Shown here one piece after another: positions 1-10,299 of a stretch of 38,773 bases of DNA. The notes under the pieces are model-generated. The model did not search any database, was not told where the DNA came from, and saw only the letters and a list, made by a program, of their open reading frames with translations. Origin of the DNA: Batkoa obscura (Eukaryota); assembly GCA_030770535.1 (NCBI GenBank), contig JASVEC010000162.1:1-38773 (forward strand), given 5' to 3'. The position numbers and the translations under genes were made by a program. Each line of letters begins with the position of its first letter. Position 1 is the first letter of the stretch.

Positions 1-17
1 AAAAGCTTCAAAATCCA

Positions 18-983
18 TCAATAGAAATGGCTATTATTTCTACCATTTCCTTCCGCAAAATTATAAAAAACATGTTCAACAAACTCTCTAGGTGGTGTTA
101 CCCCTTTGTTTGTAGTAGTAATAAAATGTTGTAATCCATTAATATCCATTTTTCTTGTTCCAGGTTTTACATAGCGAAGAAATATTGTTCTTACTACGCT
201 CTTCATTTTAGCACTGAGTTCATTGTTTTCTAATAATGGAACTTGGCCTAAAGCAAAATTAATAAGTAACAAACTATTATAAAATACATACCTTCTCCTT
301 CTAATCCATTCAATAAATCCTGTACTTCTTTCTTTAACTCTATAAATTAAAACTTAAAGACAAAATAGAGTGACTAAAAACTAATCATACCTAAAAGAGG
401 CTCGAACATGTCATCAAAAGTTAAACCCAACTCAATAATTTCAATTGAAATTTTAGGTATATTTAAAATAAAAGTTATAAAAGCAATAAAATAAATAGAA
501 TATATAGGATAAAACCATAATAAATCAAATGCTCTACTTATAATTTTATAGATTAATTGAAAATCTTGTGTATTACGAAATTGATGAATCAAATTCTGAA
601 TTTCGATCATCTCTTTCGGTTCACTATTTCCACTACAAGTACTTTGTTGATTTTCTATCCTTAATTGTTCTATAACAATAAATTTGAAATCTTCTCTTGG
701 AGCTAAAATACGTTCTAACTCATTTAAATCTAATACTTTACTTTCGAATAAAAGATCCCATATTCTATGTTGAGTTAAATCTATCACTTTTAAATTCCTA
801 ATTACTTTGTTAGTAATGTCTTGTATAAGTAATACACTATCTATACCTTTTCCAAATCTGGTTTTCTTTAAACAAATTAAAAAGATAGGAATTGCTATGT
901 GAAAGGTTAACGAGATCTTGTGCATCTAGAGACTCAACTATTTCTAATATATTGTTTGGAGTTAAATTCTCGAATTGAAACAT
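18..983 (-). CDS. F-box domain protein (N-terminal F-box, helical middle region, EF-hand-like C-terminal region); multi-exon, 3' end may continue beyond the window
   Basis: ATG at 983. Exon 1 (983-847) reads MFQFENLTPNNILEIVESLDAQDLVNLSHSNSYLFNLFKENQIWK, which fits the F-box pattern. GT-AG introns 846-798 (GTATAG..ACTAAC..TAG), 390-340 and 291-248 join ORFs 374..925 and 18..272 in frame. The stop at 18-20 may instead lie inside a further intron. Confidence 0.7.
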
Positions 984-1178
984 TTTTAAAAATAAAATGA
1001 CTGAAAAAAATTGACAATTTTGTAAAATTCGGATTTTAAATTAGCAAATTAATATTTAGAAAAATTAAATTTTATTAAAAAGAATAATAAAATTTAAGTT
1101 AATTTTGATTGCGAGTAGAGATATATATTCAAATATAGGAATATTAAAACAAAAAATAGGTACTATTTTAATACCACT

Positions 1179-3686
1179 TTAATTGTTTGAATTATTTTGT
1201 ACTTGATTACCAAAGATATTTTCTTTAAGTTTAAGGTATTCAAGGTAAACTTGTAATTTTTGACGTTCAAGTTCTTGTCTTTCAGTTTCTAATAATGTTT
1301 CCAACTCCTCGAATTGAGTAAGTTTTAAATCCAATTTTTGAAGCTGAGCATCAACTACTTCATATACCAACCTTTGAATCTCCTTTTCTTCATAATCTGC
1401 CAGTACTTTAGCTTTACCTGCTGCCGACCCCAACGCTGCCGAGGCTACTTTATTTAAATGCTCTTTAGAAAAGGCCCCGCTTTGTGGTACATGGTCCCCA
1501 GACCCATTTTCATTTTTTATCTCTTGATCATCTTCATTATCTGCATGACCCTCAGTTTTACCGTTTACTTTAGCTAATTCTTTTAATGCAGTTTGTGCTG
1601 CAGCAGAGGCAACACCAGGGTTAACAGCAGATGCTAAAAAGGCCACAACAGACATAACTGGATTATCTGCTTGTGAAAATGGTAAGCGCTTAAATTTAAG
1701 TGGGTCATCAGTTTTGTTATTTTCAAGATATGGATCTTCAATAGGAAGTTGAAGGAATTTGAGTATACATTGTTCACGATCTCTAGAACCAACATGTTCA
1801 GCAACCTTGTCCCAATCTTCTTGGTGCATTTCAATACCTTCTAAAAGGAGTAAAGTTTCTTGTTCATTCCAGTCATCGTTTGAAAAGGGTTTAGGGATAT
1901 TTTCTTCCATTTTTAAGAAATCACCACTGAAATGATTAGTTGGGAATCGTCCTTCCAAATAGCAGTTTGGACATATACTAACATCTTTTGTTTTTATATT
2001 ATAATACCGGATCTTTGAACAATCTACGTTACATGTAGCACAATTGAAAGCTTTGAGTTGAGGTGGGTCAACTCGCTCATAAATATCTCTACGAAGATCA
2101 TGGTTGACTTCTGTTTTTACTGCTGAGCTGACATCATTAGGTGCAGTTGGATTTATATTGGTTGAAGTAGATGGTAAAAACGGTTGGAGCCCACGTGGTG
2201 TATCTGCTGTAACTCTGAAATGGCCAGTAAAAGGAGGTAATACCGCAGAAGGACGAGAAATAGGGTCGATTTGGTAATTAATTAAACCCCATTGCTCCAA
2301 GAAAGCATGTACCCTAATAACAGCACATACATCACCAGATAAATTTCTACGACAAGCAGTTACAGTCAAATACTCTACTGGATTTAATCTGTAAGTATTA
2401 ATCATGAAATCTCTAAATTCTTTGTATATTGTTGGTGTTTTACTTGAGTTTCTAGAATTGAAAAATTCTGGTAATGAACGTTCTTCTATCTCGTTAATCT
2501 TATCCATATCAAACCAAGCAGAGTAACTTGGGATAATAATCTCATGAGTCTGTTTAGCTATTGGCTCTTCTCCCTCATCGCCATCAACTGTTGGAGCCTT
2601 GTTCATTGACGCATCATCTGCAATTTGAGATGAAATATTAAGGATCTCACCACCTTGGATTGGCTCAAGCTCGGCTCTTTTTGCAGCACCTTTATTGACC
2701 TTTACTAATTCATCGATTTCATTTACTTCAACTTGATCAGCTCCACTAATCAAAGTTGCTGTAGGAATATTATCATCTGCTCTATGCTTTTTGGAAGGAT
2801 CATCTGAATTTTCATTGCTTTCTGCCTCAGGTTTTCTTTTGGAAGCTTTGAGCTTTGGGTCGTAAACATATATCCCTTCATTATCAACTAAAAAATCCTC
2901 TTCATTCATCCACTCATTAAAATCCAAACTATCTTCAAGCCAACGGGCTGAAACATGGATGGGTTTATTTTTTTCAGTTGTGGTTTCATTTTCTATAACA
3001 TAATCTGATGAATCATTTACCCAAGCATCATGAGAATCTGGATAAAAGAACCAATGCAAAAGTGCTTTATCGCCACGCTTATCAAGAACCCGATACCAAT
3101 CACTATCTCTTGGGGGCTCATTTTGCTCTGCTGAATGTATTATATGGGTAGGAGAGTCATTTGATTGGACGACTGTTGCTCTAAGCTTTGTAGCTTTTTC
3201 AGTCAAAATTCGAACTTTTTCCTGTGGTACATCATCTGAAAAAGCAATTTTTGGATCAGCAATTAAATTCTGACTCTGTAGGGATATGTGAACATGCTTT
3301 AGTAAACCTATAAAAAAATCCTTTTTACTAGAATCTGCAAAATCCCAATCAAAACATTTACGAAGAGCCAAATATTGAAATGAAGATTTCAATAGGGCAA
3401 AAAGTAAAATTGAATTTGGTTTTTTTGGTCTAAAAAATTTGGCGTTTATTCTTACCAAGGGATACCCAGTGTCATCGTTAGAATGACGACCTAAATTATC
3501 TTCTTGAAATTGAAATAAAGAAGCTGTAAATTGTGATAAATCTTTAGCAGATAAAGTTGGAAATTCTGCTTCAGTTTTATGTATGAAATTTATTAAAGGT
3601 ACCGTAAGCTCTTGGAATTCATTTAAGGTCTCAATAGAATCATAGTAATCCCAATCAACGTCACCAGATCTAAGATTAAGATTCAT
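1179..3686 (-). CDS. SWI3: SWI/SNF-RSC chromatin remodelling core subunit, SMARCC/BAF155-170/Swi3/Rsc8/Ssr family
   Basis: Single 835-aa ORF with SWIRM (IIIPSYSAWF..FRDFMINTYRLNPVEYLTVTACRRNL..HAFLEQWGLINYQ), ZZ finger (CATC..CPNC), SANT (WNEQETLLLLEG..FLQLPIEDPYL), PFSQADNPVMSVVAFLAS and a C-terminal coiled coil. It also has a BAF155-type N-terminal module (HWFFYPDSHDAWV..FNEWMNEEDF). Confidence 0.95.
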   Translation of the reverse strand: MNLNLRSGDVDWDYYDSIETLNEFQELTVPLINFIHKTEAEFPTLSAKDLSQFTASLFQFQEDNLGRHSNDDTGYPLVRINAKFFRPKKPNSILLFALLKSSFQYLALRKCFDWDFADSSKKDFFIGLLKHVHISLQSQNLIADPKIAFSDDVPQEKVRILTEKATKLRATVVQSNDSPTHIIHSAEQNEPPRDSDWYRVLDKRGDKALLHWFFYPDSHDAWVNDSSDYVIENETTTEKNKPIHVSARWLEDSLDFNEWMNEEDFLVDNEGIYVYDPKLKASKRKPEAESNENSDDPSKKHRADDNIPTATLISGADQVEVNEIDELVKVNKGAAKRAELEPIQGGEILNISSQIADDASMNKAPTVDGDEGEEPIAKQTHEIIIPSYSAWFDMDKINEIEERSLPEFFNSRNSSKTPTIYKEFRDFMINTYRLNPVEYLTVTACRRNLSGDVCAVIRVHAFLEQWGLINYQIDPISRPSAVLPPFTGHFRVTADTPRGLQPFLPSTSTNINPTAPNDVSSAVKTEVNHDLRRDIYERVDPPQLKAFNCATCNVDCSKIRYYNIKTKDVSICPNCYLEGRFPTNHFSGDFLKMEENIPKPFSNDDWNEQETLLLLEGIEMHQEDWDKVAEHVGSRDREQCILKFLQLPIEDPYLENNKTDDPLKFKRLPFSQADNPVMSVVAFLASAVNPGVASAAAQTALKELAKVNGKTEGHADNEDDQEIKNENGSGDHVPQSGAFSKEHLNKVASAALGSAAGKAKVLADYEEKEIQRLVYEVVDAQLQKLDLKLTQFEELETLLETERQELERQKLQVYLEYLKLKENIFGNQVQNNSNN

Positions 3687-4432
3687 TTTTAATCTTATTT
3701 TTAAAAAAAAAATAATATTAGCTTATTAATTCATTCAATTTAGTTGAAAAAATTAAATCGATTTTATTGGCTCGAAGAGTTTTTTTAATTACTTCAGTTC
3801 TAATTTGATTTAAATAAGACTAAATGCTTTAATATAAAATAATATATACTTTTAAATACTTTAGCCAACTACTTAGTCAAGACAAAGCTACATTGATAGA
3901 TAGACATTTTTGAAGGTATATTTGTCCTACATTATATTTAAGTTCTATAAAGAGTATTAGCTTTAAATGAACGATCAATTTGAGAATATTTCTTTATTTA
4001 AGGATTCCCTACTGACAATTTTTCAACTTAATGATAGTTAAAAAGGGTCAAACAAATGAAACTAAAGATGGCTCCCATTTTAAAAAACCATTATTATATT
4101 TTAACTGTTGTTTTCAGTATAAAAATTAGCAAAAAATATTAACTTTTGACTTTATTTAATTAGTCAAAGAAACTTTGAAATAAAGAATTCAGCTTGATAG
4201 CTTTAAAACAGAGTAGCCTTAATAAAATTTATGCTTAAATACAAATAATGATCAATACTTTCAAATCAAACATCAAAATTAACAAATTAAAGTTGGTTGA
4301 AGAATATCTACACTAAAAAACAAATCAAGTTAAATGGCGATATATGATTTGTTACATTTGCTAGTAGGAGATTTAGTTTTAAGAAATCTTGATTTTTCAA
4401 ACGAAATTAACTTTATAATTTTTATAAATAAA

Positions 4433-6461
4433 ATGCCACAAGAATATCCACACTTAAATGAACCTGATGTAAATGGTTCGTCAGTACCGGTAGTGCTCTT
4501 CATTCCTAATAGAGCTTCAGAGGATTTACCTGAATACATTATTCATTTGTCTCCTATAAATACTATCCTTGATCTTAAGAAAGTGCTTAAAAATAAACTA
4601 GCAACTAAACCAAAGACATTTGATATTAGAATAATTTACCTTGGGAAAATTAAGGAAAACCACGAGTTTATTAAAGATGTCTTGAAAAAAAAGGTACTTT
4701 ATCCATTTATAGTTGATTATAAACCTTAACCTTAACCTTTAATAGGATGAAGGCGAAAGCGATGACAAATCAAAAACAGATGATAAAGATGAATCAAAAG
4801 GATACCCTCATTTCCATGTTATGATCAATAATGTGCCTCCACCAACCATTAAGAAAGTATCAAAACAAGAAAACACCAACAAAAATTTAACTCCCAGTTT
4901 TGCTACTACGAAAGCTCAAACTCTTAATATATCAGATAATTCTCTCAATGGCCAAGATTACTATAATAACTCTTCAACACCAATCAGTGGAAATATACTG
5001 TCATCAAGTAATGTTCAGAGTTCATCAAAAGGAACGATAAAAGATCTCAATTCTTATCAAGTGCCTTCCTTGGGTCAAGTGCATCAGGATTTAGGTCAAA
5101 TAATAATTCAGAAAATGCATCAACGTCTACATCAGGGAATAATTCTAGAAACAAATCTGAGTTTGTAGCAAATTCCAACTCTGTAAATGTATCAGAACTT
5201 TCATCAAGTAATAATTCAAGAAATGGACCAGGATCTGATTCAAATGATAGCTCAACAAATACAACAGCGTTTGGCTCAAATAATAATTTAACTGGCACAC
5301 AGATATTTGGAGCAACCAGTAACTCAACAAACACACCTGCATTTAGATCTGGCATCAATTCAACAAATGCACCAGTGCTTGGGTCAAGTGGCAGTCCAAT
5401 AAGTACATCGCCGTTTAGGACAACTAATAGTCCCGAAACACCAGCTTTTGAATTAAATAATAGTTCCGGGACTTCAAGGCTTCTAGCAACTAATAACCCT
5501 GACACACCAATGACTGGAATAACTAGCAATTCAACAAGTAGATCAATGCTTGGATCTCATAATGACTCCAACTCATTCAGATTTAATACCTCTATGAATA
5601 ATAGCCAAGATCCGAGATTAAATGTTCCACATAATCCACCTGCTAGTGATGTATTAAGATCAGATGCAGATTTTATAGAAGCTTATATACAAAGAATAGA
5701 GCGAGGAGGTTTGATTGTTTCTGAAGCAGCGAAATTGCGCTTTGCAGAAATCATGAAAAAAACTTATACTGATAATTTACAAATCCAACTTCAACTTCAG
5801 CCTACCACTTATCAACATGTAAAAATCAAGTAAAGTTTCTAATATCACCATTTTACTTTTATTAATATTTTTTAGTGGACGCAATTATTTGCTTAAAACT
5901 CCTACTGGAACCTCCGGAGCTGAAAATCCAGTCGCTCCTAGAGAAACAGCAACTTCAGATCCTAATAGGACTAGACGAACTAGACGTTATGTTATTAGAA
6001 GAGTTCGTAGAGAAAGAGCATCGGTACTTCGTACTATTTTTAGATATTTAAGAATCATATGGCCAGCTATAAAAATCGCGTTTAAACTTGCACTTGTCTA
6101 TTTTTTTACGCATATTGGAGGCGATATTTACAAGCAAATACTATTTGGCATTGTAGTTCTTATATTCTTTATCTTTAGTAATGGGATTATTGATGTTCAA
6201 ATAGAGTTTGGACGTGTTGATGAAGCTAATAACCAACAACAGGATCAGCAACATAACGGAAACGAAAATAACGATTTACATGAAGATATAAATGAAGGAA
6301 ACGAAGGTGAGCTAGCACCTGAAACACCACCAGCACCCCCTAGAGAGCCAAGACATCCCTTAATTGAAGGTGCTATTACGTTTTTTTCATCTATCCTTCC
6401 AGAGCGTCCACCACAAGCTAATAGGAACAATGAAGCCAATGCCAATGCTAATCCTAGATAG
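4433..6461 (+). CDS. Herp/HERPUD/Usa1-like ubiquitin-like-domain ER membrane protein (probable ERAD scaffold)
   Basis: N-terminal UBL (TILDLKKVLKNKLATKPKTFDIRIIYLGKI..DVL). Introns 4694-4745 and 5830-5875. Hydrophobic hairpin WPAIKIAFKLALVYFF..ILFGIVVLIFFIF, and a C-terminal TFFSSILPERPP resembling Herp TFFASLLPEGPP. Requires a frame change around 5008-5090. Confidence 0.75.
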
Positions 6462-6920
6462 TTTGATCATTTCCAATGTTATATATATTCTATTGCTGAA
6501 ATATCATAATTACTGTTTAATTTTAATTGTTTCATTTGATTATTTTATGTTCTATTCCATTTATTGTGAATAAATAAACATACCCTTAATATATTATATA
6601 AAAATTGACTAGGTTTATGACTGTACAATATTAAGCATGAATATTAATTAGAGCGTATATTCTTTTACAAGTATAAAAATTAGCATTTTATCTTTTACTA
6701 AGTTCAAAGACTGTAGAAATATTACTTATTTCTATAAAAATTTAAAATACTAAGATTTAACAGAATTAAAGTGTATAAAAAGTATATAAAAAATTTATTC
6801 ATAGAAAGTAAAACTAAGTTACATTACAGAAAATTGAAGCGTATGTATTTCTGCTCAACTCTTTTTTTGGCTTTGCCATAGTATTTATAGATGAAATTAT
6901 ATTGAAATGAAAAATCATGT

Positions 6921-8397
6921 TTAGCCTGATGGATGGCAACATTGTCCTGAAGGAAACATCAAATTTACTTCATAAATCATTGCTCCTAAAGTCCATCCAA
7001 CATCAATACCTTCTACTTCCTCATCAAAATAGATATCACGATCTAAAGCTAACCCGTATCCTTCATTCAACATGTTAACTATATAAGCTGCCATAAAACA
7101 GTAATGGTCGATATCTTTATCATCACTCCATTTATCATACTTATTTAAATATTCATCATAATTCAAATTGCTACAGACTGAGTCTGCTTTTTCCATTAAG
7201 CATTGAATATTTGATTTTCCTTTGCATTTAAACCACTTCGCTACTTTAAACATGCCAGAAATGGCTATCAATTTCATATCTTTGGGAATATCCGGTTGAT
7301 AAACTCCATTTACAGCACATGACATGGTCGGACAAAATGGGTCTTTTAACATTAACTTTCGAGTACTAATAACACAATTTGTAAAATCTCCAGAACCTTC
7401 AAAGTCTACCCCTTGACCCGTTTTTCCTCGATATCCTTTAACAAAGCATGGATCCTTGAAAATCCCCCCTTTGTCTAAGGACTTTATTTCGTTAGCGTGA
7501 TACCTTAGTCTTGCTTCATTTCTACCAAATCGAAGATAAGAGTGAGTGTAAACTACTCTTGAAGTGCCATTTAAATTAATTGGAAACGAATTTTCCATTG
7601 GCACCTGTGGTGTTTCAAAAGTAATTTGGCAAGAAGCACCACCCATATCAAGCATACCATGGCTAAGATCAGGTTCATCATCAGAGCCTAAAATACCTGC
7701 CAAATAATTAATGGCTAACCAACCAAAAACACCTTCATATTCTCCAGGAATCACTTGAGCACCAAATTTTGGATCAAATTTAAATCCTGAGTTTTTAAGT
7801 GTGTTACGAACATTTTCCATTAATTGATGGGAGCGAGTCCTTGGTAATAATCGCATACCAGCGGTTGCTTTTAGAAATATAGGAGTCCTAGCATGCTTTG
7901 ATTTTGGTATATATTCGGTAGCATTACCTATAAAGTCCTTCAAATACTCATCTACTTGTTCTGGCTCTATCTCAGCTAAACCACCCAGCTTTTTAATTTT
8001 AAACTGCTTGCCTTTTTTCGGACCAGAGTCATAAATACTTGGTACTATATAAGGTGAATCATGGCAATCCGTTGGTTTGTTCCATTCATATATAAAGATT
8101 CGACTATAATAAATAAATATATGTAATATGAATTATAAAGCTATCTTACGTTCCAGTTGAACCTGCATCCATAATTATACCATAATACAAATCTTTGTCT
8201 TCCTTATTTTTGGTTCGAGTATGTTTTAGTGAGTGTCCTTTTTTTACCCATTCATAGTTGTTAGTTTTAGGTAAAAAGTCCTGAAGTTCATCAATGGTAG
8301 TAGGTATAGGTCTATAATATTGTTCATTATGTCTAGTATGGGATAAGATGGGTAATTCAAAGTGTTGATTTAGGTTATTAAAATGAGCTTGCTGCAT
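6921..8397 (-). CDS. GDA1/CD39 family nucleoside phosphatase (apyrase/NTPDase)
   Basis: Apyrase conserved regions DAGSTGTR (spliced across intron 8149-8104), ATAGMRLL, GEYEGVFGWLAINY, DMGGASCQ and GWTLG. Confidence 0.93.
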
Positions 8398-9260
8398 GTT
8401 CTATTCTAAATTAAAATTATTAAGTAAAAGTATATTATCTATTGTTATTTATAGTTTAAAATCTTGAAAACTAAATTATCATTGTTGATAAATTAAAAAA
8501 CCCACTTTTAATCGAGTAAATATCCTTTTTTTTCCTTTTTTTTCTATCAACAAATGTTGATTCGAATTAAATAACTGAAATATTATTCTTTACTATTTAA
8601 GCTTTTTACTCATCAATTTTTCAAGAAAAAGTTATAAAATGAGATCATAACTTTTATTTTGGGTGGCTTTATAATTAATTATTACATTTACTATTTGAAA
8701 TTTTTAAAGGAAGTAGTACTATTATTCAAACAATTTCTATATCTATTTACTAATAACTTCTTTTAGAAACAATGTTTTCGTTTTTCGTTGTAATTTTAAC
8801 TTAATTTATGTTAAATTTAATTTAATATAACTATAAATATTATTAAAATAAAGGAGTCAATGAATTTAAACACATATACCAAGCATTGATAGTATAGAAG
8901 ATTAAAATAATAAATTGAAAAAATGAATTAAAACTCTAATGAGAGTAAGATAGGAGCCTTTGTTTTTAATATTACTTCATGGCTTTATGTTTAATTTATT
9001 CATGTCAGTAGTATTATAACAAGTTTTTTTAAGTTAAGTTTCAATTTGTAAATAGCTTAAAAAGTTTAAACTGAAAAATTTAAACTTTGACAGAATGGGT
9101 CCTTGATCATAATTAATTTATGAAGCGGTAAAGCTTTTTGAAATAAACTTAATATAATCAATATACAAATAAATTTCATAGTTTTATAATATTTTATTGG
9201 TAGTAATAAGCAGTGTATACAAATAACAATAAATATACAAAAAGCTCACTAGCACAAAAA

Positions 9261-9306
9261 AGTAAAGTAGTAGAGTAAAGTAGTAGAGTAAAGTAGCAGA
9301 GTAAAG
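9261..9306. repeat. 13-bp minisatellite (AGTAAAGTAGTAG) x about 3.5
   Basis: agtaaagtagtag agtaaagtagtag agtaaagtagcag agtaaag is directly visible. Confidence 0.85.
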
Positions 9307-9562
9307 AATTCCTAAATGTGTTTTGATTAATTTAATGAATAGCTTTAATAAAGTGGCATTTAAACTAACTAAAATTATTGTGATATTTTCATTTTGTTTT
9401 CAAGCTACATTGTTTTTTTGCTACTTCTTATTTAGATAATAAAGTTTATTTAACACTGTTAAAACATATAGTTTATTAAAGTTTAGATAGTAATATCTTT
9501 AATATTTGAGAAAGCTTACTGTGTATTTTACGGTTAACAAAATAGCTATAGACGCACTATAT

Positions 9563-9651
9563 AAGGATGTATTTTTTGTTTAAGAATTTTACTACTAATT
9601 TTTCCGCTCAAATAGCGCTTAAAAAATGTATGAAATCAAAAAAAATATCCC
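9563..9651 (+). mobile_element. MITE copy A (non-autonomous Sola-like family)
   Basis: atat|AAGGATGTATTTTTTG..TTTCCGCTCAAATAGCGCTTAAAAAATG..GAAATCAAAAAAAATATCCC|atat; homologous to eight other copies. Confidence 0.8.
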
Positions 9652-9845
9652 ATATGATGGATATTAAATATTTTTACTTGCTTTGGGCTCATCTCAAAAT
9701 AATATTAATAATCTATTTAGCAGCTTAAAAATTGTTTGCTGATTCAATGTTTAAACTGAAAATTTATTACAGAATAAATCAAGTTCAATTTGTATAAAAT
9801 GAACTTACTTCTTTTTTCACAATAGATTTTTATTATTATTATAGT

Positions 9846-9978
9846 TTAAATCAGACGTTGTAGTTTGTGATCATGATCTGAGGGCAAAAGGAGGGTCCTC
9901 CAACACGAAGCTGGTTCCTTCTACGATCCCAGACCCAGGCTTTCGCCTTCATGCTCATTAAACGTTCATCATTTTTAA
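9846..9978 (-). ncRNA. Candidate structured box C/D snoRNA (U3-like 3' domain or 18S methylation guide); may extend 5' to about 10020
   Basis: GC-rich island in AT-rich intergenic DNA. The minus strand has box C AUGAUGA (9972-9966), box D CUGA (9854-9851), a terminal stem UUAAA/UUUAA, an inner stem ACGUU/AACGU, an AGGC-GAAA-GCCU tetraloop hairpin and a long G-U-containing hairpin. Confidence 0.6.
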
Positions 9979-10299
9979 TGGTAACATGCACATAGTTCAC
10001 ACCCTATTATCTAAAGTATAATTAATTCTTTGTGGGATTACAGAAAAATATAAAATTAATGATTAAATTACAAAATTGTGATTAATGAGTAATATTAATT
10101 TTTATAAAAAAATAAGTTTTATAAAGCTTAAAAGACGTATAAATATACATTTAAAAATATTTTAATTCATACTTTTTAAAATCTGACTTTAAAATTTCCT
10201 TAGCCTAAACTTTGAAAAAATCAAATAGCTTAGTTTTGAACTAAGACTTTTTTTATTTTATTTTCTATCACTCAAATTCATTTGTCAAACTACTAAAAG

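Noticed and set aside
4334..4432. Upstream ATG extension of the UBL ORF
   Set aside because: AT-rich and UTR-like; ATG 4433 has an A-rich context and starts the protein-like sequence.
5047..5529. 160-aa minus-strand ORF (and 5145..5342, 6245..6445, 4330..4539)
   Set aside because: Antisense shadows of the Herp-like coding sequence; the long one mirrors the S/N-rich repeat.
9851..9976. GC-rich island as 5S rRNA, tRNA, U2 snRNA, hammerhead ribozyme or SECIS
   Set aside because: No 5S or tRNA consensus; the U2 resemblance (CCTTTTG..AGATCA) lacks GTAGTA; no CUGANGA core; not in a 3' UTR.
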